Shown here in pieces: positions 30,517-40,843 of a DNA stretch of 64,000 nucleotides (its first letter is position 1; each line of letters opens with the position of its first letter). The DNA lies in the NCBI GenBank assembly GCA_963714015.1, contig OY970223.1:2624001-2688000 (forward strand), given 5' to 3'. This stretch comes from Vulcanimicrobiota bacterium (GTDB lineage Bacteria; Vulcanimicrobiota; Vulcanimicrobiia; Vulcanimicrobiales; Vulcanimicrobiaceae). The notes beneath the pieces are model-generated. The model was not told the origin of the DNA. It saw only the letters and a list, made by a program, of their open reading frames with translations, and made no database searches. The position numbers were made by a program, and so were the translations under genes.

Positions 30517-32631
30517 TTACGAGGTAGCGGGCGAGACCTGTTGCGGTTGAATTGCGAGCACCGTTTGGCCACCGACCAGGCCGATGACGACCTTGTCGAT
30601 CACGCTCATGAACTCCACGATGCAATCGACGCGGAAGTAGCCGCGCGGAATCGAGTTGGTCGGGTCGTTATTGCGAAGATCGCATTGCACACTGTAGGTG
30701 TCGATGATCTCGTCTTTTTCAAGGCCGCCCAAGAAGCCGTTGAAGATCGCGCGCGCATTCGCGCGTTGCTTGTCACCCGGCTGCGTGCTCTGCGTCTGAC
30801 CGATGAGACCGGCGAGCAGGTTACTGTCGAACTCGACGGCCAGATACTGGATCATCGACGAGTAGGAGAGCAGACCGCGGTCCGGATCGTTGTTCATCGA
30901 GTTGACGTTGGTACGGATCATGGGGAAGTCTTCACCCGAGATCCCGCCCATCGTGATGAGGTTGATGCCGGCCGCTTCGAGATCGTCGATCTCGCTCGTC
31001 GGGTACGGTACGTTCTGCTGGGTTCCCGTGCGGTTGGTTCCCAGGACAACCGGGATGTTGAGGTTCATCGGCGAGCGCTGCGGCGGCGTAAGCGCCATCT
31101 GCGAGCTCGCGATGTCCGCCGGCGAGAGATACCGAATCAGGCCGCCGTTGGTCGTATCGTTGAACTCGCACCAATCGCCGGCCCAGACGCTCATCGTGTA
31201 GTCTTGCAATCCGTACGTCTGCTTGTCGTCGATCGCCGTGTCGCTATCGGTTCCGTTCGGGAACGCAATGGCCGTCTGCGCGTTTTGTGCTTTGCCGAAC
31301 GCAAGCAGAAGTGATCCGGCGGTTGCGACGTCGTCGCAGCCCACGAGCGTGAGTTTGTAGCCGCTGATCTGGCCGTCGAATGCGTACATTCCCGTGCCCG
31401 GATTCGAGGCGCCCGAGCCGAGCATATCGGCGGTCGTAATAGCCGTCGCGCCATCCGTTCCGAGCGATCCGTTCGCATCGATGGGCGTCGCGGTGTAGTA
31501 GTCGGCTTGACCGATCGGCGTGTTTTGAGTTGCGGGCACGGAGGCCAGCCACCAGCGCGAGGGGCGCGGCGCTTGGAATTGATTGTTCACACCGTACGGC
31601 TGACCGTTGACGGCTGCGATAGCTTGCGTTTGTTGCGTCAACCCGTCGAAGACCGGAGCGCCGGCCACGAGCTTCCATGCGGGGATGCGATCGTAGACTT
31701 CCGGAGTCGATATTCCGGGCACGACAAACACGAGTTTGACGGTGGGCTTCGCCGCTGTCGAGTCGCTGCCGGCCGCAACGAGGACTTGGGCGGATCTGCC
31801 GCTCGAGGGATTCAGGCGCGAGCCGGTCGAGGCGGCCGTGAGCAAGAGCCACGGCGCTGGCGGTTCCGTTACCGTGTGCGTCGGTTGGCCCGGTTGCGTG
31901 AGCACCGCGCCGTAGACGAGGTCGGAGCCCGGCGTGATGGTCTGTACGATGTTCTCGTTCGTACAGGTAACGACGGCCGACTTGATTTCGAGCTGCGCCG
32001 TCCATGCCGCACCGGTTGCCGGCGCACCGTTCGTCGAGAGCGAAAGCGTGGTGCCGCCCTGGTCGGTCGCTGCGGCAATTCCGGTCGAAAGCGCGCCGTT
32101 GTTCGTACGGTCCGTCGCGATCGCCGCGACGAGGCCGTCGACGAAATTCTGCAGCGTTCCGCCGGCGAGCGCCGTATACGAGGCCGCTTGCCCGACGATC
32201 ACGCCGTTATTGTAGAACGAGATGATGCCTTCGTCGCCGGTTGCCGGAGCGCCAGCGAGCACGAAGGTTGCCGTGGCCGGGCTGCTGTTGACAATGATCT
32301 CGCTCGAGCCGTTGTCCATCAGGACGCACTGCGCAGCAACGTCGGTGCCGTCGGTCACGCGCTTGCCCTTGAGCTTCGTATTGCCCATCAGCAGGTCGAC
32401 GTAGAGCGCCGTGGCGAGGTCGTGTTTGGCGACCGAGGGCGGCCCGAAATGGAGATTCAGATCGTCGAAGCTGCCGATGTCGGCCTGATCGCCCCACGTC
32501 CCGGTGCCAACGCGAGCAATGCCGTTTGTACTGACGATCGGGAGCGAGCCTGCATTGGGGGCCAGTACGTCGACAATGACGTCCGGCGGTCCGCTGAGCT
32601 GCGAGAGGTTGGTAATGTCTTGAACGATCAC
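30517..32631 (-). CDS. Contractile tail sheath protein
   Basis: GTGTWG, RVTDGTD, GTDGA, TGMYA and C-terminal CDLRNND..SI.RG sheath motifs. Confidence 0.9.
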   Translation of the reverse strand: MIVQDITNLSQLSGPPDVIVDVLAPNAGSLPIVSTNGIARVGTGTWGDQADIGSFDDLNLHFGPPSVAKHDLATALYVDLLMGNTKLKGKRVTDGTDVAAQCVLMDNGSSEIIVNSSPATATFVLAGAPATGDEGIISFYNNGVIVGQAASYTALAGGTLQNFVDGLVAAIATDRTNNGALSTGIAAATDQGGTTLSLSTNGAPATGAAWTAQLEIKSAVVTCTNENIVQTITPGSDLVYGAVLTQPGQPTHTVTEPPAPWLLLTAASTGSRLNPSSGRSAQVLVAAGSDSTAAKPTVKLVFVVPGISTPEVYDRIPAWKLVAGAPVFDGLTQQTQAIAAVNGQPYGVNNQFQAPRPSRWWLASVPATQNTPIGQADYYTATPIDANGSLGTDGATAITTADMLGSGASNPGTGMYAFDGQISGYKLTLVGCDDVATAGSLLLAFGKAQNAQTAIAFPNGTDSDTAIDDKQTYGLQDYTMSVWAGDWCEFNDTTNGGLIRYLSPADIASSQMALTPPQRSPMNLNIPVVLGTNRTGTQQNVPYPTSEIDDLEAAGINLITMGGISGEDFPMIRTNVNSMNNDPDRGLLSYSSMIQYLAVEFDSNLLAGLIGQTQSTQPGDKQRANARAIFNGFLGGLEKDEIIDTYSVQCDLRNNDPTNSIPRGYFRVDCIVEFMSVIDKVVIGLVGGQTVLAIQPQQVSPATS

Positions 32632-32904
32632 TTACTTCGCAGCCTCCATGGTCGGGGTCGAAACCGTCTTGGCCGGCGCCTTGGCCGGAATGGGCGCAGC
32701 CTCGGGCGGCTGATACCACGGATGCGAGTGGTGATTGCAAGTCTTCTCGCAGTTCACGCTCGAGTGCGGAATTCGCACCAGGGCGTGCGCGTGCGTTTTA
32801 CGCAGTTCCTCGCCGAGGTCGTGCGCAATGCGCGAACCACGCGCAAACGACACCCGCTGATCCCCGACTTTCGCCGAGATCGCGGACTTGGCCACGTAGG
32901 GCAT
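32632..32904 (-). CDS. Small hypothetical protein upstream of sheath
   Basis: AAGGAG RBS; tightly packed. Confidence 0.6.
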   Translation of the reverse strand: MPYVAKSAISAKVGDQRVSFARGSRIAHDLGEELRKTHAHALVRIPHSSVNCEKTCNHHSHPWYQPPEAAPIPAKAPAKTVSTPTMEAAK

Positions 32905-32919
32905 GTAGGCACTCCTTGC

Positions 32920-33858
32920 TTAGAGTTGCGAGGCAATCGGATCGGTATAGCCCGGGTTAACTCCGCCCGGGAAAACGCCGGCAAGCGTTGAGAACGTGGC
33001 GACGATCGTCGTCTTAGTGAACGTGACGACCGACGTAAAATCGATCACCCAGCGAACGCGCCGAATGAGCACGCCCTCGGCCGACTCTTGGTCGTGGTCG
33101 ATGGCGCCCGGAATATCCATGATGGTCGCGACCGTGCCGTCGACCATCGGTAGACGTTGACCGAGATCGTAGAGCGTCTCGATGTAGCGTCCGAAGAACT
33201 GCCGGTCGTACGGATTCGGCGTCCAGATGAGCGCATCGAAGAAGCGCCGGCGATACGAGACGGGGCGAATCCAGGTCGAGGTTGTTCCGAGGTTGACCTG
33301 CAGCGGTGGCGAGCTCGCCGGAACATTCACCGTGAATGAAGCGCCGTTCGTGGAGATCGGAAAGAAATTGTCGCCAACAGCGGCCGTTTGCAGCCCCGTC
33401 GCGATCCCCGCGAGCGTATCGCCCGCTTTGACGAGGTAGGAGGTGCTGGAATCGCCGCACTGCAGACCGATGACGTTGCCGGGCGTTACCACGCCGCTCA
33501 GCGTGACCGTGTCGCCGCTTTGCTCGGCATTTAGGGTGAGAGCGTCGTCGCCGACTTGCGTTTCCGGTTTATTGGTATACTGCTGGCGCGGAACGTCGTG
33601 ATTGCCGACTTCGATCGAAATGGACGCCTTGCCGGACGTCATTCGTTCGGTCAGTTGCGAGAGCATCGGACGCGAAGGAAAGATGGTGCAATTGGGAACC
33701 GTGCGCGTCTGCCCGTAGGCAAGCAGATCGGGCGTCGGTTGCACCGTGCCAGTGAGGTCGACGTACTCCGGCATCGCATAGGTCGTGCCGACGAGCGGAT
33801 TGACGACGTTGGCGATGTCAGCGACAATCTTGTACGCGATATCGTTGATTTCAGCCAC
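32920..33858 (-). CDS. Tail terminator / neck protein
   Basis: Position; IWTPNP..R and LPMVDGT motifs. Confidence 0.6.
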   Translation of the reverse strand: MAEINDIAYKIVADIANVVNPLVGTTYAMPEYVDLTGTVQPTPDLLAYGQTRTVPNCTIFPSRPMLSQLTERMTSGKASISIEVGNHDVPRQQYTNKPETQVGDDALTLNAEQSGDTVTLSGVVTPGNVIGLQCGDSSTSYLVKAGDTLAGIATGLQTAAVGDNFFPISTNGASFTVNVPASSPPLQVNLGTTSTWIRPVSYRRRFFDALIWTPNPYDRQFFGRYIETLYDLGQRLPMVDGTVATIMDIPGAIDHDQESAEGVLIRRVRWVIDFTSVVTFTKTTIVATFSTLAGVFPGGVNPGYTDPIASQL

Positions 33859-34217
33859 TACAGGATGCTCTTCATATCGCGCAGGGTGAGAACGTCGTCG
33901 TACGGTTTTTTGATGAACAGCGCGATGCCGATAGCCTCGAGTTGCCGCTTTACGGCGCCCACATTCAGGCCGCTGCAAGCCACGATCTTCGTCGGGCATT
34001 TGCTTGCCTTGAGATGCCTAGCGATCTCCAGGCCGCTCATCATCGGTAGATTGATGTCGAGGGTGCAGATCGTCGGCTCGTGCTTGAGAATAGCGGCAAG
34101 CCCCGAATCGCCCTTGTGCTCGATCTGTAAGACGGTGACGCCGACGCGCTTGAGGATGCCGGCGAGTTGGTTGGCTTCGAGCGGGCTGTCGTCGACGATT
34201 ACGGCCGTTACGCTCAC
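33858..34217 (-). CDS. Single-domain response regulator (CheY-like receiver)
   Basis: VIVDDS, LDINLPMMSGLE (phosphoacceptor Asp), CSG and IKKP all present; AGGAG RBS. Confidence 0.9.
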   Translation of the reverse strand: MSVTAVIVDDSPLEANQLAGILKRVGVTVLQIEHKGDSGLAAILKHEPTICTLDINLPMMSGLEIARHLKASKCPTKIVACSGLNVGAVKRQLEAIGIALFIKKPYDDVLTLRDMKSIL

Positions 34218-34513
34218 AGTCCGATCTCCTCGCGTAGTTTCCGGCACGTTTCCTGATAGTGTCGATTCAGGTCTGCGATATCGTCTTCGAGCTGCGCGGC
34301 AATTGCATCAACTTGCGGTTGCACAGCCATTGCCGCAAGGGCGAGCCCAAGGGCCCAATAGCGTCCGCCGGTTCGACCTTGCGCAGACCGGGCGACCGTC
34401 TCACGTCGCAGGAAGTCGGCTTCGCCTTCTAGGCGCTCTTGATCGCGGTCGTACTGTTCGCGAATCGGGGTAATGCGGCGGATGTACTCGGCGATTTTCT
34501 CGTCGTCGGTCAC
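34214..34513 (-). CDS. Helical hypothetical protein
   Basis: 99 aa; translationally coupled on both sides. Confidence 0.6.
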   Translation of the reverse strand: MTDDEKIAEYIRRITPIREQYDRDQERLEGEADFLRRETVARSAQGRTGGRYWALGLALAAMAVQPQVDAIAAQLEDDIADLNRHYQETCRKLREEIGL

Positions 34514-35274
34514 TAGTCGCGGCGCTTTTCACATCGCAGTATCTGGCCTTGAAATCCCGCAAACTGCGGGAACGGCATGTGCACGCGGTACTTGTCACCG
34601 TTCGCGCCGACAATGACGTCGTTCTCGATGATTACCGTGCCGTTTAGGAGCGGCACGTAAATGTCCCATTGCTGCATCCGCACGTCGTCGTACAGGCCGG
34701 TATCGCGTGGCGGATACTCGCCTTTACGCTCATTGCCCTGAATGCACATCGGGATAGTCGCAAACATGCCGCTATCAGGCTGGAAACTGAATAGGCCATC
34801 TTCGAGCGTGATGATGTAGTCGGAATCCGCCATTTGCGTCTGCATCGGTACCGCTCCGCTATCGATGCCGAGCGGATTGCGGTTCGGCCGGCGGATCGTT
34901 CCGTAAATCGGGGTGAAGACGAACAGCGGATCGTGAAGCGGCCGGTCGTAGGCCAGCGTAAAGACCGAAAGGTCCGGACGGACGGTGTCCGAGCGCTCGA
35001 CGAACACGTCGCCGATCTGGTACGGCCGAACGTCGATGTCCGCGCGGAAGACGAGGATCTTCCCCATGAGGTTGATCTCGATGTCTTTCGCTTTGGTCGT
35101 ACGTTCGAATACGACCGGCACATTCGCGGCGATCTGGTTTTGGGTGGAGACGACGCCGGTGCCGCTGCTGGTTGGGCCGACGCGGTAGACGTCGAATCCT
35201 TGTCCGAGGATGGAGGCGACGATGCCGCCGGCCTCTTGGAGAACGTCGTCGATATCCGGCAGAAACGACGTCAC
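34513..35274 (-). CDS. Head closure / neck protein
   Basis: Position; C-terminal W.IY.P...I.ENDVIVGANGDKYRV pattern. Confidence 0.65.
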   Translation of the reverse strand: MTSFLPDIDDVLQEAGGIVASILGQGFDVYRVGPTSSGTGVVSTQNQIAANVPVVFERTTKAKDIEINLMGKILVFRADIDVRPYQIGDVFVERSDTVRPDLSVFTLAYDRPLHDPLFVFTPIYGTIRRPNRNPLGIDSGAVPMQTQMADSDYIITLEDGLFSFQPDSGMFATIPMCIQGNERKGEYPPRDTGLYDDVRMQQWDIYVPLLNGTVIIENDVIVGANGDKYRVHMPFPQFAGFQGQILRCEKRRD

Positions 35275-35286
35275 GCTACCCTCCGG

Positions 35287-35784
35287 CTATCGAAAGCGAA
35301 ATAACCCTCGCCGGCGGCGCGGAAGAATGTCCGGATCGAGTGGCATGGCCAGCAACTTTGAAAGTTGCGACCGGAAATAGTTGTAGAGCGCGAGGCGGTC
35401 TTGCGGCTCGATCGCATTGAACTTCACCGATTTCGCTTCGGTAAACGTGCGAAAGCGGCGGATGTTCGGAATGTCACCCTCGAGCACGCGTAGCGTCGGG
35501 ATGTACCCGTTGTACGTCGTGTTCGTTGTCGGATCGGTCCAAGCGATACCGGGTGGCTTCGCGGCTCCGTACGTGCCCCAGAATGCGCTTTCTTGACCGA
35601 AGATCTGCACTTCGGCATCTTGGGAGAGCGTCTGGATGCGCTGCTGGAAGTAGCCGACCGGATCGAGGAACCGGAACGCCGATGCCAGGCTTGCGAGCGC
35701 GACGTTTGCTCCGACAGGCTGGCCGAGGTCCGGATAGCCCATGAAGCGCGAGAGTTCGTTTTGCTGGGTCGTAGTCAGCGCCAT
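35287..35784 (-). CDS. Head-tail adaptor
   Basis: LTTTQQNELSRFMGYP and N.IE..DRLALYNYFR.QL motifs. Confidence 0.7.
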   Translation of the reverse strand: MALTTTQQNELSRFMGYPDLGQPVGANVALASLASAFRFLDPVGYFQQRIQTLSQDAEVQIFGQESAFWGTYGAAKPPGIAWTDPTTNTTYNGYIPTLRVLEGDIPNIRRFRTFTEAKSVKFNAIEPQDRLALYNYFRSQLSKLLAMPLDPDILPRRRRGLFRFR

Positions 35785-35797
35785 GGCGCCCTACCCG

Positions 35798-36166
35798 TTA
35801 GCGCTTGATCGGCGCGAGCGGCCGCAGCGGAACGTCGTGATCCCGCGCGATGTCGTACTCCCGCGAGTCGGCTTGGACGATCTGTCCTTCGCGGAACGTG
35901 ACCGTCGAGCCCATCAGCTCGAACACGGTCTGCGTCTCGACGATGTACCGATCGGCATCCCTGATCGTTTTCTTCGGTTGCTCGAAGAGTTGCGGCTTTG
36001 CCGCCTTGTAAGCCTCGACAACTTCCGGTACATCGACGATCTCCACGTCGGGATGCGCCGAAAGAAACGCAACGGTGACGACTTCGGCATCGACGGGTTT
36101 TGCCGCGGTTATCGCGGCGGTCGCCACATTGCGGAACTCTGCGAGTTCCTCGGCGGTGCGTTCCAT
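35798..36166 (-). CDS. Hypothetical head-associated protein
   Basis: GAAAGG RBS; follows the MCP. Confidence 0.6.
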   Translation of the reverse strand: MERTAEELAEFRNVATAAITAAKPVDAEVVTVAFLSAHPDVEIVDVPEVVEAYKAAKPQLFEQPKKTIRDADRYIVETQTVFELMGSTVTFREGQIVQADSREYDIARDHDVPLRPLAPIKR

Positions 36167-36186
36167 GAAAAACCTTTCTCTGAAAT

Positions 36187-36210
36187 GCCGGGAGCCCGAA
36201 GGCCCCCGGC
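36187..36210 (-). terminator. Stem-loop after major capsid gene
   Basis: gccggggg cc ttcg ggc tcccggc hairpin with a UUCG loop. Confidence 0.55.
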
Positions 36211-36233
36211 GTTGCGTTCAGTTCGGCGACGCG

Positions 36234-37776
36234 TTAGACGCTGGCGCCGTGAGGCAAGAGGACCGCACGTTTGCGGCGCCCGCCGCCGGCGGTCAGAATC
36301 ACGTTAGAGTTGACCGTGACGTCGGTCGGCGCGATGATGTCGCGGATCGTGAGCCACGACATTTTGCACTTGCGACGCAGACGGTCGATCGGCGGCGTGA
36401 TAACCTGCGCGATGCCGTCTTGCATGGCAATGTACGCATCGTTGAACGAGCTGCGCGCCCAGTGCTCCATCCCCTCGTACCACGAGTCGATGAGCGCACC
36501 TTTACCGATGAGCATCGGCACGTGGACGTAACCGCCGCCCGGCAATGCGATGCGCGGAGCGTTGGTCGTGACCAGGAACGTGATGCCCAGGTAGTTGTCG
36601 ACGCGGCCTTTCTTGAACTCGGGCGAACGGCCGAGGGCCTGGAACGCCTGTTTGAAGTCTGCATCGCCGAAGAGGCCGCGGAACGAACGGGACGACCCGA
36701 TGCACAGGTACGTACCGTCGCTGAGCGGTTCCATCTTCTGGTCTTCCAGCCACGATTTACCGTCGAGCAGTTGCGACTGCGTCAACAGATTCGCCGCGGT
36801 CAGCTGCGACCAATGGATGTTGCCGGCACCGGCAAGGAATTGCCGCGGCGCGTCGATCGCAACGACGATGTCGCCGTTCGCCGGCGTTTTGCCGACGCCC
36901 GAGATCCCGATGGTTCCGAGCGCACCCAGACCCGCCGGCGCTCCGTACATCGAGAGCAGGCCCGACGCGCCGTTTGCGCGCGTCGGCGAGGCCGTAGCGC
37001 CGCCGGTCGGGGCCGGCGAACCAACGAGGTTCGTCAGCGTTTCGTTGACGGCGTCGGCCGCAGTGCCCACGACGACGACGTTGTATGCGCCCGCTTGCGA
37101 TCCGCCGGGGAACACGGTCGCAGCGAGCATGTAGTTCGCCGCATTTTGCGTCGACTGAACCTTACCATTGTAGATAATGGTGTCGAAGCCGCGGATGTCA
37201 TCCACTTCCCAGGTTGCGGCCGCACCGCCGACCGCAGCGAGCGCCGCGGAGGCAGCAGCTGTGCCCTTCGTGTCGCTGGTGAGGTAGCCGGAAAGCAATG
37301 TGTTGCGTGCGAGCAGGTCGCGCGACTGATACGACTGGATGACGTTGGTCTTGACGTTGTGTCCGAACCGGTCGACGATTGCGAAGTTCGTGCCGAGCAA
37401 GTCCAGATCCATGCCGTCTTCGTACGTCTCCGGCGTGATCGTGTATTGCTCGACGTTCACGTCCGAAGGCGTGATGCCGTTGTTCAATACACCGTCGTCG
37501 GCTGCCGTCGCGGCGTTGGTCATGATCTGAATGGGAGCCTTGAGGCCCGGACGCGTTTTCGTCAGCGTGGTACCGATGTGCTCGGCAAACGTGTCGAAAT
37601 CGCAGAGCGCTGCGTACTCGTTTTCGGGCTCGGCGAATTCCTCGAGTTTGCGCTCGAGATAGCCTTCCTGCAAGAGTGGCTGTCAGCTGCGCCGGCAACG
37701 CGGCGAGCGCGTCGTCGAAGAGAGCGACGACGAACGGCAGCGCCGCGATGGCGCAGCGCGCCTTCGTGGTTTTCAT
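36234..37776 (-). CDS. Major capsid protein, frameshift near 37678
   Basis: QEGYLER, IGTTLTKTRPGL, QSRDLLAR and PPIDRL..SW motifs; downstream of the scaffold. Confidence 0.85.
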
Positions 37777-37902
37777 GTAAACGTGTCCTTTACTCAGTGT
37801 GAGAAGAGGATCGTCCGCTGCCGACTCGTCCCGAGTCTTGCGGTTCTAATCCGTTAGTGCCGATCGCGTCACGCGTTCGGTTTCGAAACTGCCGCCTCGC
37901 GT

Positions 37903-38748
37903 TTAGCGAAGCGAACGTTTGTAGCGATCGAAGGCTTCGTCAGCGTTGACGTTCTTGTCCCGGAAGTTTGCGACTTTGAAGCCGCCCTCACCGTTTGCAG
38001 TCCCGCCGCCGTTCACCGAAGCTCCGGTCGCCGTCGCATTGCCGCGGTTGTCAGCACTGCCTTGACCGCTGCCCTGCCCGTTATTTTGTCCGGTGCCCTG
38101 TCCGGCGCCGTTCGCGCCGTTTGCACCGGTGGCTACACCGTTTTGACCGTTCGCTGCGCCGTTCTGGCCAGCGTTTTGTCCATCTCCCTGTCCGCCGGTT
38201 TGACCGTCGGCTGGTTTGAAGAAGACGGGCTTCGCCTCTTTGAACTTCGTAAGCGCATCGCTGACGCCAGTGACGTCGCCTGTTTGCTCGTCGATCTTGA
38301 TCCCCGCTCCCGCGTGTGCAAGGAAGAGATCCACAACGTCGCCGTCGATGACGCCGCTATTGCGGAGAGCCTCTCGCGCCTCGGCGCGGATCGCACGCTT
38401 GTCGACTAGTGACTGACGCGATTGGACGCCGTCGAGCGATGTCTTTAGTTCTCGGTTCTCGCGCCGGCGCTTGCCGTTTTCGTCGTTAAGCTCGCCGATG
38501 CGGCGATCTTGGTCGGAGATGATGCGGTGCGCCTCGGCCAGGTCCTGCGGTAGATCGCGCGCACGATTTCCGGCGTCGGCTCCGCGGGCGAATTGACCGC
38601 TAGCATTCCGGTTTACACCGGCCGCTCCGTTATTATTCTGGCCGGAACCATCGTTTTGGTTGCCGCCATTTTCCCCGCTGCCGTCGCCGTCATCGAAGAG
38701 GGCCACAGCAAAGGGCAGCGCCGCAAGGCGCGTCAGGGTTTGGTTCAC
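37903..38748 (-). CDS. Capsid scaffolding protein
   Basis: Low-complexity G/N/Q termini, coiled coil with ENGKRR, and K.AKPVFF motif. Confidence 0.85.
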   Translation of the reverse strand: MNQTLTRLAALPFAVALFDDGDGSGENGGNQNDGSGQNNNGAAGVNRNASGQFARGADAGNRARDLPQDLAEAHRIISDQDRRIGELNDENGKRRRENRELKTSLDGVQSRQSLVDKRAIRAEAREALRNSGVIDGDVVDLFLAHAGAGIKIDEQTGDVTGVSDALTKFKEAKPVFFKPADGQTGGQGDGQNAGQNGAANGQNGVATGANGANGAGQGTGQNNGQGSGQGSADNRGNATATGASVNGGGTANGEGGFKVANFRDKNVNADEAFDRYKRSLR

Positions 38749-38784
38749 GTGGAAGTCGCTTCCTTTCCGCGGCGCATCACGCGC

Positions 38785-40647
38785 CTATTCGGGTGTAACT
38801 TGATAGGCCGCCGTAATCTTCGCGTGGCTCTCAGCAATCGAGAGTTCGCGCTCTTCCGACGCGGCCGACTCGGCCTGAATGTCCGCCAGTTCTTGGTCCG
38901 GGTTGGCGACATCGAAGATGCCGGCACTGGCCGCAACGGCGGTTTCCTGGGTCACGATTTTTCCGTCGCGCGCACCGACGATTGCAGCGACTTCGGCCTG
39001 CTTTTCCGTACCCGTCAGCGTGTATGGTTGCGGCCATTTCGTTTCGATGTACGCATCGGATTTCGGCTGTGCCGCGCTGACATTGACGTCGATGTCTTTC
39101 GGCTCGACGGGCTCTGGCGGAGACGCCGCCGGCTGACCGTCTGCCTGTGTCGCCTGCCCCGCGCGGAACTGCTGGGTTTGCTGCAGTGTCTGCTGCTGGG
39201 CTTCCGCACGTGCGCGACGTTCGAGCAGCTCCGTGAGCATTGCTTCAAACGAAGGGAGTTGCACCTTCACTTTTTCGTACAGGCGCATCCCCAAGCGTAA
39301 CAGCGGCTCGATGCCGCGGTCTCCGTACGAGAGCTTGAGCACGCCAACCATACCGACCATCGCCTCGTTCAGGCGATACATCGCAGCGCCTGACAGTTCG
39401 CTTCCGGCCGTTTCCGGATCGATGCGCGAACCAGCACAGACTTCGCGCGCGATTTGGCGCAGCTTGTCGACGTACGTTTCGATCGCGACCTTAAGCCCCT
39501 CGCCGTGGATTTCGAGGAACTTTGCATCGCCGCCGGCTGGAATCTTGAGCGTATCGGATGCCGTCGCGCCCGGCGAGTCTTCCGGAGCATCCCAATCGCC
39601 GCCACCGTCTGCCGTGCTTCCGGTTGCGCCTTCGATTTCAGCGACTTGCGGGTCACCGGCGTAATCGAACGCCCGTCCCGTCTGCGAGAGCGTCCGGTCA
39701 ATGCGGAATTGAAAGTCGATGGCCGGCTCGAACGTGCACAACCCGTCCGGAAAGCATTCGTCGCGCTCGGGACCGTTAACGATCCAGATCGCGCACACTT
39801 CGCCGACGCTATGCGCGAACGATCGCCCGTTGTCGATGGGCCATTCCGTACGGTCGTTCCAATCGTCCGAATCATACAGCCACTTCGGAATTGGCTCGTA
39901 CCAGACTTCGGCGTTTTCTTCGAGGCGCAGGCGCATCGCCCACCAGAGCGAGGCTTGCGGCTGACCCGCGTTTGCCTGAGCCAGTGCTTTGAGCCGCTGC
40001 GCTTTCGCGGTGCGACCGTACTTGAACGCCTGCCATTTCTCTTCGAGCGCGTCGACGTCGTAGCCACGCGCACGCAGATTATCCGCTCTGACGAAGTAGG
40101 TGCGCTCGAGCGATTCGAGATCCGTCGGTGCCCACGGTTTGAAGACCGGGGAACACTCGACCGCGTCCCACACCTCGAGGAAGTACCGGCCCGGCGAGCT
40201 CTGCGTGGCGTTCGGGTCGCCGGACGTGAATGTGTTCTTCGCGAGCACGCGCAGCACGATCGCGACCGAACCGGACTGGCCGTGGAGCGCCGCCTTCCAG
40301 AGGTGCCACCACAAGTTCGTGTCTTTGATGAACGCCATGATCCAGGCGTTGGTCGCGTCATCGTTTCGAACGAACGGCACCGGCCGGTGACCCTCGCCGA
40401 AGAGCATGTTCGCGAAGCCGCGCGCAATGACGAGCGGCAGGCGGTCTTGCACCGATGCGCGCCGATCGTCGAGCGATATCCGGTCTTCGTTGACGCTATC
40501 TTTGAACTCGCGCGTGAACGGGTTCGCGATGTGCGCGTACAGTTTGCCGTCGAGCGCGAGGTCGCGCGCATTCAGCAGCCGCTGACGGTCCGACCATTTA
40601 CGGGGCTGCGCCGACTTGATGCGCTCGATGAACGCTTTGAAGTCCAA
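38785..40647 (-). CDS. Portal protein
   Basis: 620 aa between TerL and scaffold; MLFGEG..P, IDRTLSQ.GR...YAGDPQ and SGAAM motifs. Confidence 0.85.
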   Translation of the reverse strand: MDFKAFIERIKSAQPRKWSDRQRLLNARDLALDGKLYAHIANPFTREFKDSVNEDRISLDDRRASVQDRLPLVIARGFANMLFGEGHRPVPFVRNDDATNAWIMAFIKDTNLWWHLWKAALHGQSGSVAIVLRVLAKNTFTSGDPNATQSSPGRYFLEVWDAVECSPVFKPWAPTDLESLERTYFVRADNLRARGYDVDALEEKWQAFKYGRTAKAQRLKALAQANAGQPQASLWWAMRLRLEENAEVWYEPIPKWLYDSDDWNDRTEWPIDNGRSFAHSVGEVCAIWIVNGPERDECFPDGLCTFEPAIDFQFRIDRTLSQTGRAFDYAGDPQVAEIEGATGSTADGGGDWDAPEDSPGATASDTLKIPAGGDAKFLEIHGEGLKVAIETYVDKLRQIAREVCAGSRIDPETAGSELSGAAMYRLNEAMVGMVGVLKLSYGDRGIEPLLRLGMRLYEKVKVQLPSFEAMLTELLERRARAEAQQQTLQQTQQFRAGQATQADGQPAASPPEPVEPKDIDVNVSAAQPKSDAYIETKWPQPYTLTGTEKQAEVAAIVGARDGKIVTQETAVAASAGIFDVANPDQELADIQAESAASEERELSIAESHAKITAAYQVTPE

Positions 40648-40843
40648 GGCTAGCTCCTACAGGTCGACTACGCGAACGCGTGCTTGTGAAATGCCGTCTC
40701 GCCGACGAAATACGCCATATCGATGTCGCGCTGGAGTTTCTCCAGGCTCTGAATGAGACTTATATGCTCACCGCAGTACTCAACCCAGTGGGAGAAGGAA
40801 CCGGTGATAGTGTACGGCTGACCGTGCCAGTCCAAATGTTGCA

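Noticed and set aside
21854..32631. Tailocin or extracellular contractile injection system
   Set aside because: Capsid, portal, terminase and replication genes are present, so this is a full prophage.
30274..40653. Long plus-strand ORFs (e.g. 31507-32991, 36075-37802, 39454-40653)
   Set aside because: Antisense shadows of high-GC structural genes with no motifs or RBS.
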